Below are positions 49,915 to 60,825 of a stretch of DNA of 64,000 bases, piece by piece. Origin of the DNA: an uncultured Verrucomicrobiae bacterium (GTDB taxonomy: Bacteria > Verrucomicrobiota > Verrucomicrobiia > Chthoniobacterales > Chthoniobacteraceae); the NCBI GenBank assembly GCA_963769025.1, contig CAVYKI010000003.1:864001-928000 (forward strand). Direction: 5' to 3'. Each line of letters starts with the position of its first letter. Positions within the stretch are counted from its first letter, which is position 1. Both the position numbers and the translations under genes were made by a program. Under the pieces are notes generated by a model. The model saw nothing but the letters and a program-made list of their open reading frames with translations, did not search any database and had not been told where the DNA came from.

Positions 49915-50955
49915 TCACTTTTTCTCCCGCTCCACGACCCAGCGCGCCCAGTCGGGCGACTCGGTGATCTCCGCGACGGCACCAGGCATCCGCTGGATGC
50001 GGATGGCCGCCTTCCATTCCGCTGCGAGTTTCAGCGCTTCGCCCGGGCCGATCACGCTGCACGCCGTCGAGATTCCCGCCGTGAGCCCGTCCTTCGCGAT
50101 CACGCTCACGAGGCTGTGATCGGTCATCGGCTGCCCGGTCCGCGGATCGATGATGTGCGAGTAGCGGCGTCCGCCCGCCTCGAGTCGCTGGTTGCGATCT
50201 CCGCTCGTCGCGATGGCCGCATTCGCAATCTCGACGACCACCGGCGAAGGAGCCGCCGCCGCATCGTCGAGGTCGAGCCCGACGACTTCGATGCGCCAAC
50301 CCTTCCTCCCCGGCGGCGGATCGCCCGCTGAAATGTCACCGCTGCCCGCCACCATCGCGCGCGGGCAGCCCTCCTTGCGCAACACCTTCAGCGCCTCATC
50401 GCACGCGTAGCCCTTCGCGATCGAACCCACATCGAGCCGCATGTCGGGCGCGAGCAATTCCACCGTGCGCGCCCTTTCATCGAGCCGCATTTTTTTCCAG
50501 CCCACACGTGCCGTCATCTCGGCCACGAGGTCCGGCGCCGGCAATTCGTGTTTGCGCCGCGCCCGCCGCCACAGGCTCGTGAGCGGGCCGGAGGTCACGT
50601 CGAACGCGCCGTCTGTCCGAGCCGCGAGCGCCTGCGCCCGCGACAGCACCGCCCACAATTCATCACTCACCTTCACTGCCCGGCCCTGGCCCGAAGTCCG
50701 TGAGAGCAGTGTCAGTTCGCTTTCGTCCTCGTAGTCGCTGAAAATGCGGTTCAGCGCCGCGACACGCGCAAAGCCGGCCTCCGCCGCGCGCTTCGCCGTT
50801 TCCTCGTTCCCCGCATATAGCGTAATCCGGAACGGCACGCCCATCTCGGCCTTTTCAAAGGCGAACTTCTCCAGGGTCTGCTCCGCGCACCGCGCTGGCG
50901 GAGTGCCGAGGAACAGCGCAACCATCGCGCACCAAGTGAACGCCGCCCGGAGCAT
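49915..50955 (-). CDS. apbE: FAD:protein FMN transferase
   Basis: [32 protein letters not shown]. Confidence 0.92.
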   Translation of the reverse strand: MLRAAFTWCAMVALFLGTPPARCAEQTLEKFAFEKAEMGVPFRITLYAGNEETAKRAAEAGFARVAALNRIFSDYEDESELTLLSRTSGQGRAVKVSDELWAVLSRAQALAARTDGAFDVTSGPLTSLWRRARRKHELPAPDLVAEMTARVGWKKMRLDERARTVELLAPDMRLDVGSIAKGYACDEALKVLRKEGCPRAMVAGSGDISAGDPPPGRKGWRIEVVGLDLDDAAAAPSPVVVEIANAAIATSGDRNQRLEAGGRRYSHIIDPRTGQPMTDHSLVSVIAKDGLTAGISTACSVIGPGEALKLAAEWKAAIRIQRMPGAVAEITESPDWARWVVEREKK

Positions 50956-53579
50956 CACAGCAGCGACATCTGCGGCGGCATTTCGTCGAGCGCCTTTTTC
51001 GCCGCCTTTTTTCCGCGCGGCTTGCCGTGCTTCGGCGGGGCGGGCGCTTCGGCGAGCGTGGGTTTGCCTTCGGCGTTCAGTTCGTGGTGTTCGAGGTTGC
51101 TCAGGATTTCCTTCGCGCGCGCGATCACTTTCGGCGGCAGGCCGGCGAGGCGGGCGACCTGGATGCCGTAGCTCTTGTCCGCGCCGCCCCGGATGATTTT
51201 GCGCAGGAAGATGATCTGATCGTTCCACTCGCGCACCGCGACGTTGTAAGTTCTTCACGCCGCTGCGCGTGATTTCGAGTTCGGTCAGCTCGTGGTAGTG
51301 CGTGGCGAAAAGCGTGCGGCACTTCATCTCGTCGTGCAGATACTCCGCGACGCTCCACGCGATGCTCAGGCCGTCGAAGGTCGAGGTGCCGCGGCCGATT
51401 TCGTCGAGAATCACGAGGCTGCGCGCGGTGGCGTTGTTGCAGATGTTCGCGGTCTCGTTCATCTCGACCATGAAGGTGGACTGCCCGCGCGAGAGGTCGT
51501 CGTTCGCGCCGACGCGCGTGAAGATGCGATCCGCCAGCCCGATCTCCGCGCTCTTCGCGGGAATCCACGAGCCGATCTGCGCCATGAGCACGAGCAGCGC
51601 GACCTGCCGGATGTAGGTGCTCTTTCCCGCCATGTTCGGGCCGGTCAAAATGAGCAGCCGGTTCGCCGTGTCGTCGAGCGCGACGTCGTTCGGCACGAAT
51701 TTCTCCTCGACGAGCGACTGGTCGAGCACGGGATGCCGCCCGTCCTCGATGCGGATGCGCAGGTCGTCGGAAAGCTGCGGGCGGCAGTAGCCGAAAAGCC
51801 GCGCGGTTTCCGCGAGCGCGCACAGCACGTCGAGCGTCGCGACGGCGGCGGCGGTCTGCTGGAGCGGCGCGAGTTCGCGCAGCACCTCGTCGCGGAGTTG
51901 GACGAAAAGCTCGTATTCCAGCGCCTTCGCCGCGCTCGTCCGCACCGAGGATCTTGCTTTCGACCTCCTTCAGCTCGGGCGTGATGAACCGCTCGCCGTT
52001 CGCAATCGTCTGCTTGCGATGCCACGTCGGCGGCACCGCCGCGAGGTTCGATTTCGTGACTTCGATGAAGTAGCCGAAGACCGACGTGTAGCGGATTTTC
52101 AGCGACTTGATTCCCGTCTCATCGATGACCCGCTGCTGGAGCTGCGCGATCCAGTCCTTGCCCGCGCGCGACGCGGAACGCAGTTCGTCGAGCGGCGCGT
52201 GCCAGCCGTCGCGGAACATGCCGCCTTCCTTCGTGTGCGCCGGCGGCTCGTCCACGATGGCCTTCGTGAGCAGCTCGACGATGTGCGGCAGCTCGTGGAG
52301 CTGCGTGAGCAAAATCGCGGCAAGCGAGTGCGGGGATTTCTGATTTCGGATTTCGGATTTCGGATTTGGCGCAAGCGGATCGCCGGCCGGCGTCTCGCCT
52401 TGGACGTTGGATGTTGCGCCAAAGAGCGTCCCCCCTTCCTTGCGCACCAGCGCTTCGAGGTCCGCGCGGAGCTGCGGGATTTGTTCGAGCGAAGTGCGCA
52501 GCACCTGCAGGTCGCGCGCATTCCCGCCCGTCTGCGTGAGACGGCCGACCGTGCGTTCGAGATCGCGGATGCCCTTCAGCGTCTCGCGCAGATTGCCGAG
52601 GATGAACGGCTCGCCAAGCAGGTCGCCGATGAGGCTCTGCCGCTCGCGCAGCACGGCGAGATCGCAGAGCGGATGCAAAATCCAGTCGCGCAATTTCCGC
52701 GCACCCATCGGCGTGTGCGTGCGGTCGAGGCAGCCGAGCAGCGCTCGTGTCGCGCGCACCGCCGCGGCTCTGCGTGAGTTCCAGGTTCGCCTGCGTCGCG
52801 GCGTCCACGATCATGAACTGCGAATTGCGGTACACCGTCAGCCGCGAGACGTGGCTCACGCGAGCGGCGCAGCTCCTTGAGGTATTGCAAAATCGCGCCC
52901 GCGGCACTCTGCGCGGCGTGCATCTCGGCGCAGCCGAAGCCGTCGAGCGACTGCACGCGGAAATGTTCGCGCAGCGCGTAGTACGCCTGCTCGGCGAGGA
53001 AGGTGTAGCCCTCGCGCGGCTGGATGCGCCCCGCGTCGCGGTAAAGCGCGGCGTGTCTCCTCGGCCACGAGCACCTCGGCAGGCTGCACGCGCGCGAGTT
53101 CGTCGGCGAGTTCCTTGTCGTCCGCCAGCTCGGTGAGCGCGGAAATCGCCCGTCGTCAGATCGATGAACGCAAAGCCGTGCCCGCCATTTTTCCCCGGAT
53201 GGATCGCCGCAAGGAAATTGTTCCGCTTCGCATCGAGCATCTGCAGATCCGCGATCGTCCCCGGCGAGACGATGTGCGTGACCTCCCGCTGCACGATCTG
53301 CCCCGGCCGCGGCTCGCTCGTCTGATCGCAGATGGCCACGCGCTTCCCCGCCTTGATGAGCCGCCGCACATAGTTCTCCTGCGCGTGATGCGGGATGCCG
53401 CACATCGGCGTGCCGTTCCGCTGCGTGAGCGCGACATTCAGGATGCCCGCGGCCACCTTCGCGTCGTCGAAGAACATCTCGTAAAAATCGCCGAGCCGGA
53501 ACAGCAGCAGCGTATCCGGCGGCAGGGTGCGCCGGATGCCGTGGTATTGCTGCATCATCGGTGTGAGCGTTTCGGCCAT
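50955..53579 (-). CDS. mutS: DNA mismatch repair protein MutS (multiple frameshifts)
   Basis: [45 protein letters not shown] across several frames. Confidence 0.95.
52335..52369. repeat. Five GATTTCG-type heptamers inside mutS
   Basis: GATTTCT GATTTCG GATTTCG GATTTCG GATTTGG, read as [12 protein letters not shown]. Confidence 0.9.
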
Positions 53580-53703
53580 GTCGCGCGAGCCTAGCCCCCG
53601 GATGCGCGCCCGCAAGCCACGGCCTCACGGAAGCGAAAAGTAAACCGCCCGCGTGCCAGCGGAGTGCGGTTCGAAAATCTCCGCTCGCAACCCTCCCCCG
53701 CCC

Positions 53704-55275
53704 TCACTTGCCCGCCGCCGAGTCATCCCGCGATCCCGGCCCGTCGTCCGTTCCGTAAGCGAACGGCTTCGTGCTTACGGTTTCGAGGTGCGCCGCGAGC
53801 ATTTCACGAAAGCGCGGCCCGGTGTCCGGCCCATCGGTCGGCTTGCGCAGTCCGCCGATGAACCTTTTGCACGCATCCCGGAGACCCGCGTTCCAGCTCT
53901 CCGTGGATGCGCCCGCACGGTCCAGCGCGTCCTTCAATTTCGCCGCGTCGATGTCTGCGGGATCGCGCCGCGCGTGCGTGCGCTTTGCGAGATAGCAAAA
54001 GAGCCCGGTCGCGCGGTCCAGCAGGATGTAGGGAAAATTCTCACCTCGGAGCGGGCCGACGGTGACTTCCGTCCCGGTGCGGGACATCCATGCGGCAGCA
54101 CTGCCCGCGACGCTGCCGAACCATCCGCGCTTTTCGGCGTCACCAGCCGAGAGGCTCACCTTCGGCTGCGCGACCTTCTTGCCGAGCATCACGGCTGCGA
54201 TGCCGCCGGTGAGCGCGCCCGCCACACCGCCGATGGAGGCTCCCACCGTCGTCGGGATGCCGGAGGGCAACGCAAGTTCGCCATGCGCACCGATGATCGC
54301 GCCGCCCTTTGCGCCGAGCGCGCCTCCGCCGAAGGCGCCGCCGCCGGCGAGCGCCCACCACGGCAGGCCGAACACGCTCCACGTCTCGTCGTTGAAAAGA
54401 CCGTCGCCAAATGGAGCCGCGGCACCGGCGTGCATGTCCACTCGCTTGTGGCGGAAAAGCTCGATGAGCCTGTCGTGTGCGTCCTTCTCCTTCCGGACGA
54501 GATCGTCCCGGAAGCGCCCCTTCAATTCCTCGATTGCGGCCGCCTTGTCGCCGAATTGCTCCGGCAGCAAAAATTTTCCCACGGTGTGCGTGAGCGATTC
54601 ATCGAGCAGCTCGGTCATCACCTGCGCCGCCTCGCGCAGGCGGTTTTTCCAATCCGCCTCGATGGCGACCGCGGCTTCGCGCAGCGGACCCTTCCAGCGA
54701 TCCGCCACGGCTGCCATCGCTCGCAGGAGTTCCGCGCGGTCGTGCGCGGAGGCGGTGTGCGCGTTGAACTGATGCACCGCGCCGAAGTGCTGGCCGAGTT
54801 TTGCGCGCCACGTTGCTTCGTGCGCGGCGGGCGCGGTCGGATTCAGCACGGCGAGGCGCGGATGCCCGGTGAGGCGCAGCAGTTCCATCTCCGCCTCATG
54901 CACGCGTTCGAACGGGCGAGACGTGTCCACGACATAGAGAATGGCCGCGCCATCGAGCAGCGGACGCAACATCTCGCGCTCGGCGGAGAACGAGCCGTCC
55001 TTCGCGTGCCGGGCCGAGAAGTCCCTGAACACCGCGAGCGGCTCCGACGAACCGCGGATGTCCTTTTCGATCTCCGCGAGCATCTCGCGCGGATCCTGAA
55101 ATCCCGGCGTGTCCCAAAGCTCGAACGATCCGAGCCGCGACTGGAAAGCCTGGCATTCGCGAGTCATCCCCGGATCGCGTCCGACCCAGATCTGGTCGTC
55201 CTCCACGAGCGTGGCCGCGACGCTCGACTTGCCGTGATTCACGGCCCCGACGATGGCAAAGGTGGGCGTGTTCAT
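53704..55275 (-). CDS. GTPase / DUF3482-like protein
   Basis: G1 GAVNHGKSS, G3 DTPG, ILYVVD, Gly-zipper hydrophobic hairpin. Confidence 0.85.
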   Translation of the reverse strand: MNTPTFAIVGAVNHGKSSVAATLVEDDQIWVGRDPGMTRECQAFQSRLGSFELWDTPGFQDPREMLAEIEKDIRGSSEPLAVFRDFSARHAKDGSFSAEREMLRPLLDGAAILYVVDTSRPFERVHEAEMELLRLTGHPRLAVLNPTAPAAHEATWRAKLGQHFGAVHQFNAHTASAHDRAELLRAMAAVADRWKGPLREAAVAIEADWKNRLREAAQVMTELLDESLTHTVGKFLLPEQFGDKAAAIEELKGRFRDDLVRKEKDAHDRLIELFRHKRVDMHAGAAAPFGDGLFNDETWSVFGLPWWALAGGGAFGGGALGAKGGAIIGAHGELALPSGIPTTVGASIGGVAGALTGGIAAVMLGKKVAQPKVSLSAGDAEKRGWFGSVAGSAAAWMSRTGTEVTVGPLRGENFPYILLDRATGLFCYLAKRTHARRDPADIDAAKLKDALDRAGASTESWNAGLRDACKRFIGGLRKPTDGPDTGPRFREMLAAHLETVSTKPFAYGTDDGPGSRDDSAAGK

Positions 55276-56720
55276 GCGGACGGCAACGTTTCCAAATCCA
55301 TGTCGAGGCCCCGCGCATCCGCCCACCGCTGCCACAGCGCCTGGCGCGAGCGGTCCCCGAAAAGCAGCACGACGCACGCGCGTCCCTCGCAGGCCGCAGC
55401 GATCTGCGCGAGCGTCTTGCGGATTCCCTCGATCGGATCGGTGCCCGAGGGAATCACGACCGCGACCGAATCGGTGGAGTTCCGTACCGCGTCGAGCGCC
55501 GCAGTGTTTGCGTCGGCGAAATCAATTTCCACGCGCTCGGTCCGCGAGACCGTCCCGCCGAGTGTCTGCGCGATTCCCGCGCGCAAAGCCGCGTCGGCGA
55601 TGTCCGCGCCCTCGGCGAGCAGCACGAGCCAGCCGCCTTGCGCGTACTGGCGCGGCGCGTGCGTGCGTGCTTCCGGCAGCGCACCGGATGGCGGCTGCGC
55701 GGCCGGCGCGAAAAGCGGGCCGACAAGTTTCCTGCCCAGCCAGCGCGCATCGCCGTATTCGAAGTCGAGCCGCGCGAGCGCGAGGCGTCCGTTCCATCCC
55801 AGCAGCGCGATGAAAAGCGCGCGCAACGCGACGCTGTACACCGCGAGGCAGCCGATGAGAAACGGCCACCACGCGCGCGTCGCCGCGGGATCGAGCGCCG
55901 CCATTCCGCCGACGTGCGTGAACTGCGAGCCACGGATCGCCTCGAGCGTCGGGACGCCGGACGGAAACGCCCACACCCACGGAGCCGCGAGAAATCGCAC
56001 GACGGCGTGCCACGTCTCCGGCGACCAGCCGACGGTGCTTTGCCAGCCGAATGCGAGGTCGGTGAACACCACGCGCATCCACAGAGCGAGCAGCGCACCG
56101 ATTCCGAACGCGCAGGCGAACCGCTGCGTGAGCCCGAGCAGCGGCCATTTTGCGATCGGGAGAAAACGCTTGCCGTGCCTCTCGATCATGCCGCTCCACG
56201 CCTCCCACGCGTGGCGTTTCCGGCCCGAGAGTCGCGAGATGAGATGAAAAATGCGGCCGCCGAGGATACCGAGCCCGCCGTGATCTTCCATCGCGATGGC
56301 GAGGAGGACGGCGAGGCCCGAGAGGAAAAGCGGCAACGCAACCAGCAGCGACAGGAACCAGAAAACATTCACGGGCTCCTTGCCAAAATAATGCAGGTAG
56401 CCGCCCGCGCTGATGACGCCGAGCACACCGCCCGCGACCCACATCAGCGCGCGGGCGAATCGGAACGCCCGATCGATCTCCGCGCCCGCGGGTGCGGACG
56501 ATTGTTTCCTGCGCAGGTCCAGCCATTCGCGGAACAGGACTCGCGGCGCGGCGGTTTCCAGCGGAGCGCCCAACTGTGCGCGTAGCGTCTTGCCTTCGTA
56601 TTCGAGCACCGCATCCGCATCGGCGCGCTTTCTCGCGGATTCCAGTTCGCACTCGAAATCGAGCACGTCGCCGAGCGACCAGCGATCGCTGCGACTTGTG
56701 GTGCGATGCGGTGCGCTCAT
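55272..56720 (-). CDS. DUF2868-like membrane protein
   Basis: PVNVFWFL, FTDLAFGWQST, WWPFLIG; coupled to the GTPase. Confidence 0.82.
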   Translation of the reverse strand: MSAPHRTTSRSDRWSLGDVLDFECELESARKRADADAVLEYEGKTLRAQLGAPLETAAPRVLFREWLDLRRKQSSAPAGAEIDRAFRFARALMWVAGGVLGVISAGGYLHYFGKEPVNVFWFLSLLVALPLFLSGLAVLLAIAMEDHGGLGILGGRIFHLISRLSGRKRHAWEAWSGMIERHGKRFLPIAKWPLLGLTQRFACAFGIGALLALWMRVVFTDLAFGWQSTVGWSPETWHAVVRFLAAPWVWAFPSGVPTLEAIRGSQFTHVGGMAALDPAATRAWWPFLIGCLAVYSVALRALFIALLGWNGRLALARLDFEYGDARWLGRKLVGPLFAPAAQPPSGALPEARTHAPRQYAQGGWLVLLAEGADIADAALRAGIAQTLGGTVSRTERVEIDFADANTAALDAVRNSTDSVAVVIPSGTDPIEGIRKTLAQIAAACEGRACVVLLFGDRSRQALWQRWADARGLDMDLETLPSA

Positions 56721-57565
56721 TTTCCGCCCCCCGCTCGCAGGCGTCTGGCGCGGCTCCACCACCACAGCGCGCGGGCGAGCACGAGCGCGGCGACGGAAGA
56801 CAGGATGATGCCCACCGGCGTGCGGAATTGCTCCGCGATCCGCTCGATGAAACCCGGCGCGGCCCCGTCGCCAAGCAGGCGATCAATGGCGACGATCGCG
56901 GTCGCGGTCGCGGTGGCGGTGAGCAGGATCTTCGGATGCTTTTCGAGGTATCCGAGCACCTTGGCCGGGGCTTTGCCGATGCGCGTGAGGAGGCTCGTGC
57001 GCTCGGCGGCGGGCAGGCGCGCGAGGTCGTCGCCGAAGCGCGCGAGGCGGATCGTGTCGGGCGTGGAGAGTTTTTTCGCGAGGGCGCAGCCGTCGCGGCC
57101 GAGCTTCGACGCGATGTCCACGCCGACGCCGGGATGCTTTCCGGCCACGATGAGCGCGTCTTCGCCGATCTCGGTGGCGAGGCGCGCGACGAGCTCCGGT
57201 TCGCGGGCCGCGGCGCGCATGGCACCTTCGGCAAACTCGGCGGGCACCTTTTTCATGGTCTGCGCCATCACCGCGGGCGCCTCGCGAAATGCCCTGAGCG
57301 ACTGCGCGCCGTACTGCTCGGCGTAGCCCGCGACCTCCAGTGCGAGCTTCTCGCCGCCCTCGGCCGCGGCCTTTTCCACGATCTCGCGCACGCCCGCCTC
57401 GCCGCCGATCTCGGCGAGGTCTCGCCCACCGCGCTCGCCGAGTTTTTCGGCGAGGTCCCTCGCAATCTTCCGCGCAATCGGGCCCGCTTGCGCGAGCGCG
57501 GCGGGGAGGGAGGAAAACAGGATCGCGGCGGCGGAGAGCGCGTGCAGGAGGCGGGGGAGCTTCAT
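56717..57565 (-). CDS. Hypothetical helical protein with signal peptide and C-terminal TMs
   Basis: 282 aa ORF with ATGA overlaps on both sides. Confidence 0.75.
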   Translation of the reverse strand: MKLPRLLHALSAAAILFSSLPAALAQAGPIARKIARDLAEKLGERGGRDLAEIGGEAGVREIVEKAAAEGGEKLALEVAGYAEQYGAQSLRAFREAPAVMAQTMKKVPAEFAEGAMRAAAREPELVARLATEIGEDALIVAGKHPGVGVDIASKLGRDGCALAKKLSTPDTIRLARFGDDLARLPAAERTSLLTRIGKAPAKVLGYLEKHPKILLTATATATAIVAIDRLLGDGAAPGFIERIAEQFRTPVGIILSSVAALVLARALWWWSRARRLRAGGGK

Positions 57566-58599
57566 CGGAAGTCGGCCTTCTGAAGCTCGTCAAAGAGCGC
57601 CTTGCGATATTTCCCGGAACACTCGTGGGCGGCCTGCGTGAGCAGCGCCTTCAGCCCCGACTGGCCGCCGGTGCCGTTCACGAGATCGCGTTCGAGATCA
57701 TCGAGGAAAGCCATGCATTGCGCGGACAGTTTCTCCCTGAATTTTTCGCTCATCCACCAATCAACGATCGCCCCGACCGCAATCCCGACGCCGAATCCGA
57801 TGATGGTGCCCAGCGGCCCTGCTGCCGATCCGCCGCCTCCGCCGGCGGTCGCGCCCGCCGCTGTCGCGGAGCCGGCGGCGGCGGTACCCGCCACCGATGC
57901 CGCCGTGAGCCGCGCGACGATGGCGGTCCCGAGCGCGCGCGCCGCTTCCTCCGCGACTACGCTGCCGACGAAGCCCGCCGTCCCGATCGCGACGCTGTCC
58001 TTTCCCGCCTGCGCCGAGAGGCCGCGGCCCGCCGCGAATGCGCTCTTCAAATACTGATCCATCGCCACCGCGGGAACCTTCAGCGGGCTGTCCGGGTGAC
58101 CGATGGTCAGCTGGATCTCGCCTTCGAGCCGGTTGTGGCTCGCCTCCGTCGCTTCGACGAAGACCTTGATCGAGTCGTCCAGGCTCCGCTGGAGGCTTTG
58201 CTCGCTGATCACCGCCACGCGGAATTTTTCATCCGTGTAGGCCCGCACCGCGACCGCCTTCGCCTTGTCGCCCCAGAATCCCGTCCACGCGTCCTTGATC
58301 GCGCGCCCGACGATCCCAAACCGCGTGCCCCACTCGGTGATGTCCTCGGTGAACCTCGGGACGCCCCGCCGGAATCCGTTGAAGTGCTCGTGCAGCCGTG
58401 TGAGCGCGAGGTCCACGGCCTGCTGCTCGCGCGTCTCGGCGGAATCGATCAGCGGCGAAATCTGCAGCCGGTAATATTCCGCAAAGCGCGCGGGATCCGG
58501 ACCCGCGCGGTGCCGCGTGGCGATGCTCCATGCGATCCAGACGAGCCCCAGGCCGAGCAGCAGCGCTGCGGCTTTCCAAGGTAAACCACGGGGTGTCAT
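57562..58599 (-). CDS. Hypothetical membrane protein with Gly/Ala-zipper hairpin
   Basis: N-terminal TM, long helices, GPLGTIIGFGVGIAVGAIVDWW. Confidence 0.75.
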   Translation of the reverse strand: MTPRGLPWKAAALLLGLGLVWIAWSIATRHRAGPDPARFAEYYRLQISPLIDSAETREQQAVDLALTRLHEHFNGFRRGVPRFTEDITEWGTRFGIVGRAIKDAWTGFWGDKAKAVAVRAYTDEKFRVAVISEQSLQRSLDDSIKVFVEATEASHNRLEGEIQLTIGHPDSPLKVPAVAMDQYLKSAFAAGRGLSAQAGKDSVAIGTAGFVGSVVAEEAARALGTAIVARLTAASVAGTAAAGSATAAGATAGGGGGSAAGPLGTIIGFGVGIAVGAIVDWWMSEKFREKLSAQCMAFLDDLERDLVNGTGGQSGLKALLTQAAHECSGKYRKALFDELQKADFR

Positions 58600-58671
58600 T
58601 GCGAATCCATAGCCACCGGCGGTGCCTGCCCGCAAGCCGCGGGCTTTGGGTGGGGGAGACTCACCGGCATT

Positions 58672-59493
58672 TCAGTTCAGCCGCACGAAGTCGCGGAGGA
58701 ACTGGAACCAGATGAACATCAGCCCGCGCCAAGTGTAGCGGATGGCCCCGTCCTTGCCGCGCGCGAGGATGCCGGCGGTGACGTTGTGCGCGATCTGCGC
58801 GGTCTGTTCGGCGTGGAGCTGGGCCGCGAGTTTGGCGGGATCGGTGGCGGAGAGTTCCTCGGTCAGGACGTTGTGCTGCGCGAGAAAGGCGCGATGGCTG
58901 TCGAGGAGTTGAGTGAATGTCTTGTCGCCGTCGGTGCGGTTCGTGCGCCATTCGGGTGCGAGCTTGAGATTGAGCGCGAACGGATAATTCCACGTCGTCC
59001 AGATCGTCCCGTCCGCCGCACGCGAGATGAGCCGGAGGTAGTAAAATGCGAAATTATCCTGCTCCACGAGACAGATGACCGCCTGCATGCGCTCGTCCGA
59101 CTTGTGAAAGACGCGGAAGAACTGCCGCGCCTCGTCCCAGTCGCGGCCGAGATCGCCGCCGTGCTCGAATCCCTCGTCCTCGATTTCCCCGGTGAGGTCG
59201 TCGAGCGCGGGGAACATTTCGCGGTGCGGCGGCGTCTTGTGGCGGAGCTCGGCGTCCACCGGCATCGCGATTTTGCGCACGCGCGTGATGAGCTCATACC
59301 ACGGCCACACGAGCCAGAAGCTCACGAACACCAGGCCCATCGGCCACCAGCCGGTGAGCAGCCAGCCGGCGAGAAACGAAGTGCTGAGGTAGCCGAGCAC
59401 GCCGAGCTTGTGCAACAGGACGCTGCCGGTCGTCCGCAGCGCCACGCTGAGCGCGAGGACGCCGAGGATCAAAAAGAGATCGGCCATGCTCAT
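58672..59493 (-). CDS. Hypothetical membrane protein
   Basis: N-terminal TMs and a soluble C-domain. Confidence 0.75.
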   Translation of the reverse strand: MSMADLFLILGVLALSVALRTTGSVLLHKLGVLGYLSTSFLAGWLLTGWWPMGLVFVSFWLVWPWYELITRVRKIAMPVDAELRHKTPPHREMFPALDDLTGEIEDEGFEHGGDLGRDWDEARQFFRVFHKSDERMQAVICLVEQDNFAFYYLRLISRAADGTIWTTWNYPFALNLKLAPEWRTNRTDGDKTFTQLLDSHRAFLAQHNVLTEELSATDPAKLAAQLHAEQTAQIAHNVTAGILARGKDGAIRYTWRGLMFIWFQFLRDFVRLN

Positions 59494-59732
59494 GGCTTGA
59501 TTCCGTGTCGGTCGATGAACGCCTCGAGCTCCTCGGGTCCGAAATCCGGCAGCACGGCGCCCTGCCGCGTCACGAGCGTCGGCGTCTTTGTCTGTTTGGA
59601 AATGCGGATCATCTCGTCGTAGTCGTCGCGATCCGCCTCCACGTCGATGAGTTCATAGCCGTAGCCGTGCGAATCCAGCCATTCACGCGCCGCAACGCAC
59701 CACGGGCACCAGACTTTGACGAAGAGTTTCAT
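59490..59732 (-). CDS. Glutaredoxin-family protein
   Basis: CPWC, QTKTPTL, DF. Confidence 0.9.
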   Translation of the reverse strand: MKLFVKVWCPWCVAAREWLDSHGYGYELIDVEADRDDYDEMIRISKQTKTPTLVTRQGAVLPDFGPEELEAFIDRHGIKP

Positions 59733-60088
59733 TTTTTCTTGGCGGCCTCGGCGTTTGCCTTCCAGCGGGCAGAAAAGCCGTTGATGTAGGTTTGCAGCGT
59801 CGCCCGGTAGCGGTCGATCGCCGCGGGCGTCTCCTTGTCATTCACGATCGCGGCGTGATTCCCAGCCACCACGAAGGTCGCCCCGGCGAGACGCAGGATC
59901 AATTTGGTGTGCGCATCCTTGTAGGCGACGACCGGGAAGCAATCGCCCTTGTCCATCGCCCAGACCGAGCCGTCGGTGAGTTCCACGTTCAGGTCTTCGA
60001 GGAGGCGCGCGTAGAGGACCACGCGCTCCGCTGCCCCCGCTTGTACGGTGCAGAATGCCAGGAGGAGGATTGCCAGGAGCGCTTTCAC
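59729..60088 (-). CDS. Hypothetical secreted protein
   Basis: GTG start with signal peptide; overlaps the glutaredoxin start. Confidence 0.65.
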   Translation of the reverse strand: MKALLAILLLAFCTVQAGAAERVVLYARLLEDLNVELTDGSVWAMDKGDCFPVVAYKDAHTKLILRLAGATFVVAGNHAAIVNDKETPAAIDRYRATLQTYINGFSARWKANAEAAKKK

Positions 60089-60174
60089 GTCCGCGAATCT
60101 GCCCTGCGGCCACGGGAAAATCAATCCGTCAGCGCTGGCTGGCAAAGGGCGCCGGTTCCTGCGACAAGCCGCCC

Positions 60175-60825
60175 ATGCCCGCGCCAAGCCTGCCTGCCAA
60201 CGTGACCGTAGTTGATCATCCGCTCGTGCGGGTGAAGCTCGCGCGCCTCCGCGACGAGCGCACACCTTCGTCGGAATTCCGCACAAATGCGCGCGAGCTG
60301 GCCGCGCTGCTCGCCTTCGCCGCGACGCACGACCTTCCCACGGTGACGGAGAAGATCCGCACGCCGCTCACCGAATGCGATGGCGAGAGGCTCGCGAGGC
60401 CTCTCGTAATCGTGCCCATCCTCCGCGCGGGGCTGGGAATGGCGGAAGGCATCCTGCCTTTTTTCGGCGATGCCGGGGTCGCGCACATCGGCATGCGGCG
60501 CGATGAGACGACACACCTACCCGCGTGCTACTATTTCAATGCCCCGGCGAACCTCTCGGAGGCCGAGGTGATCCTCGTGGATCCAATGCTCGCCACGGGC
60601 CACAGCGCCGGCGAATCGATCACGAAACTCAAGGCCGCCGGGGCGCGGCACATCCGCTTCGTCTGCTTTCTCAGCGCGCCGGAAGGCATCGCGTACCTCA
60701 CGTCAGCGCATCCCGACGTGCCGATTTTCACCGGCGCGCTGGATGCGCGACTGGACGAGCGCGCGTACATCGTCCCCGGCCTCGGCGACGCGGGCGACCG
60801 CTACTTCGGCACCGTGCCCGGCTGA
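60175..60825 (+). CDS. upp: Uracil phosphoribosyltransferase
   Basis: VPILRAG, DPMLATG, YIVPGLGDAGDR. Confidence 0.97.
   Translation: MPAPSLPANVTVVDHPLVRVKLARLRDERTPSSEFRTNARELAALLAFAATHDLPTVTEKIRTPLTECDGERLARPLVIVPILRAGLGMAEGILPFFGDAGVAHIGMRRDETTHLPACYYFNAPANLSEAEVILVDPMLATGHSAGESITKLKAAGARHIRFVCFLSAPEGIAYLTSAHPDVPIFTGALDARLDERAYIVPGLGDAGDRYFGTVPG

Noticed and set aside
49915..51945. Apparent MutS-ApbE fusion ORF
   Set aside because: Produced by a frameshift near 51250; the MutS C-terminus ends at 50955 in another frame
50955..53579. mutS as a true pseudogene explaining the frameshifts in the window
   Set aside because: Indels are patchy and the protein motifs are intact, which fits sequencing error better; cannot be settled without reads
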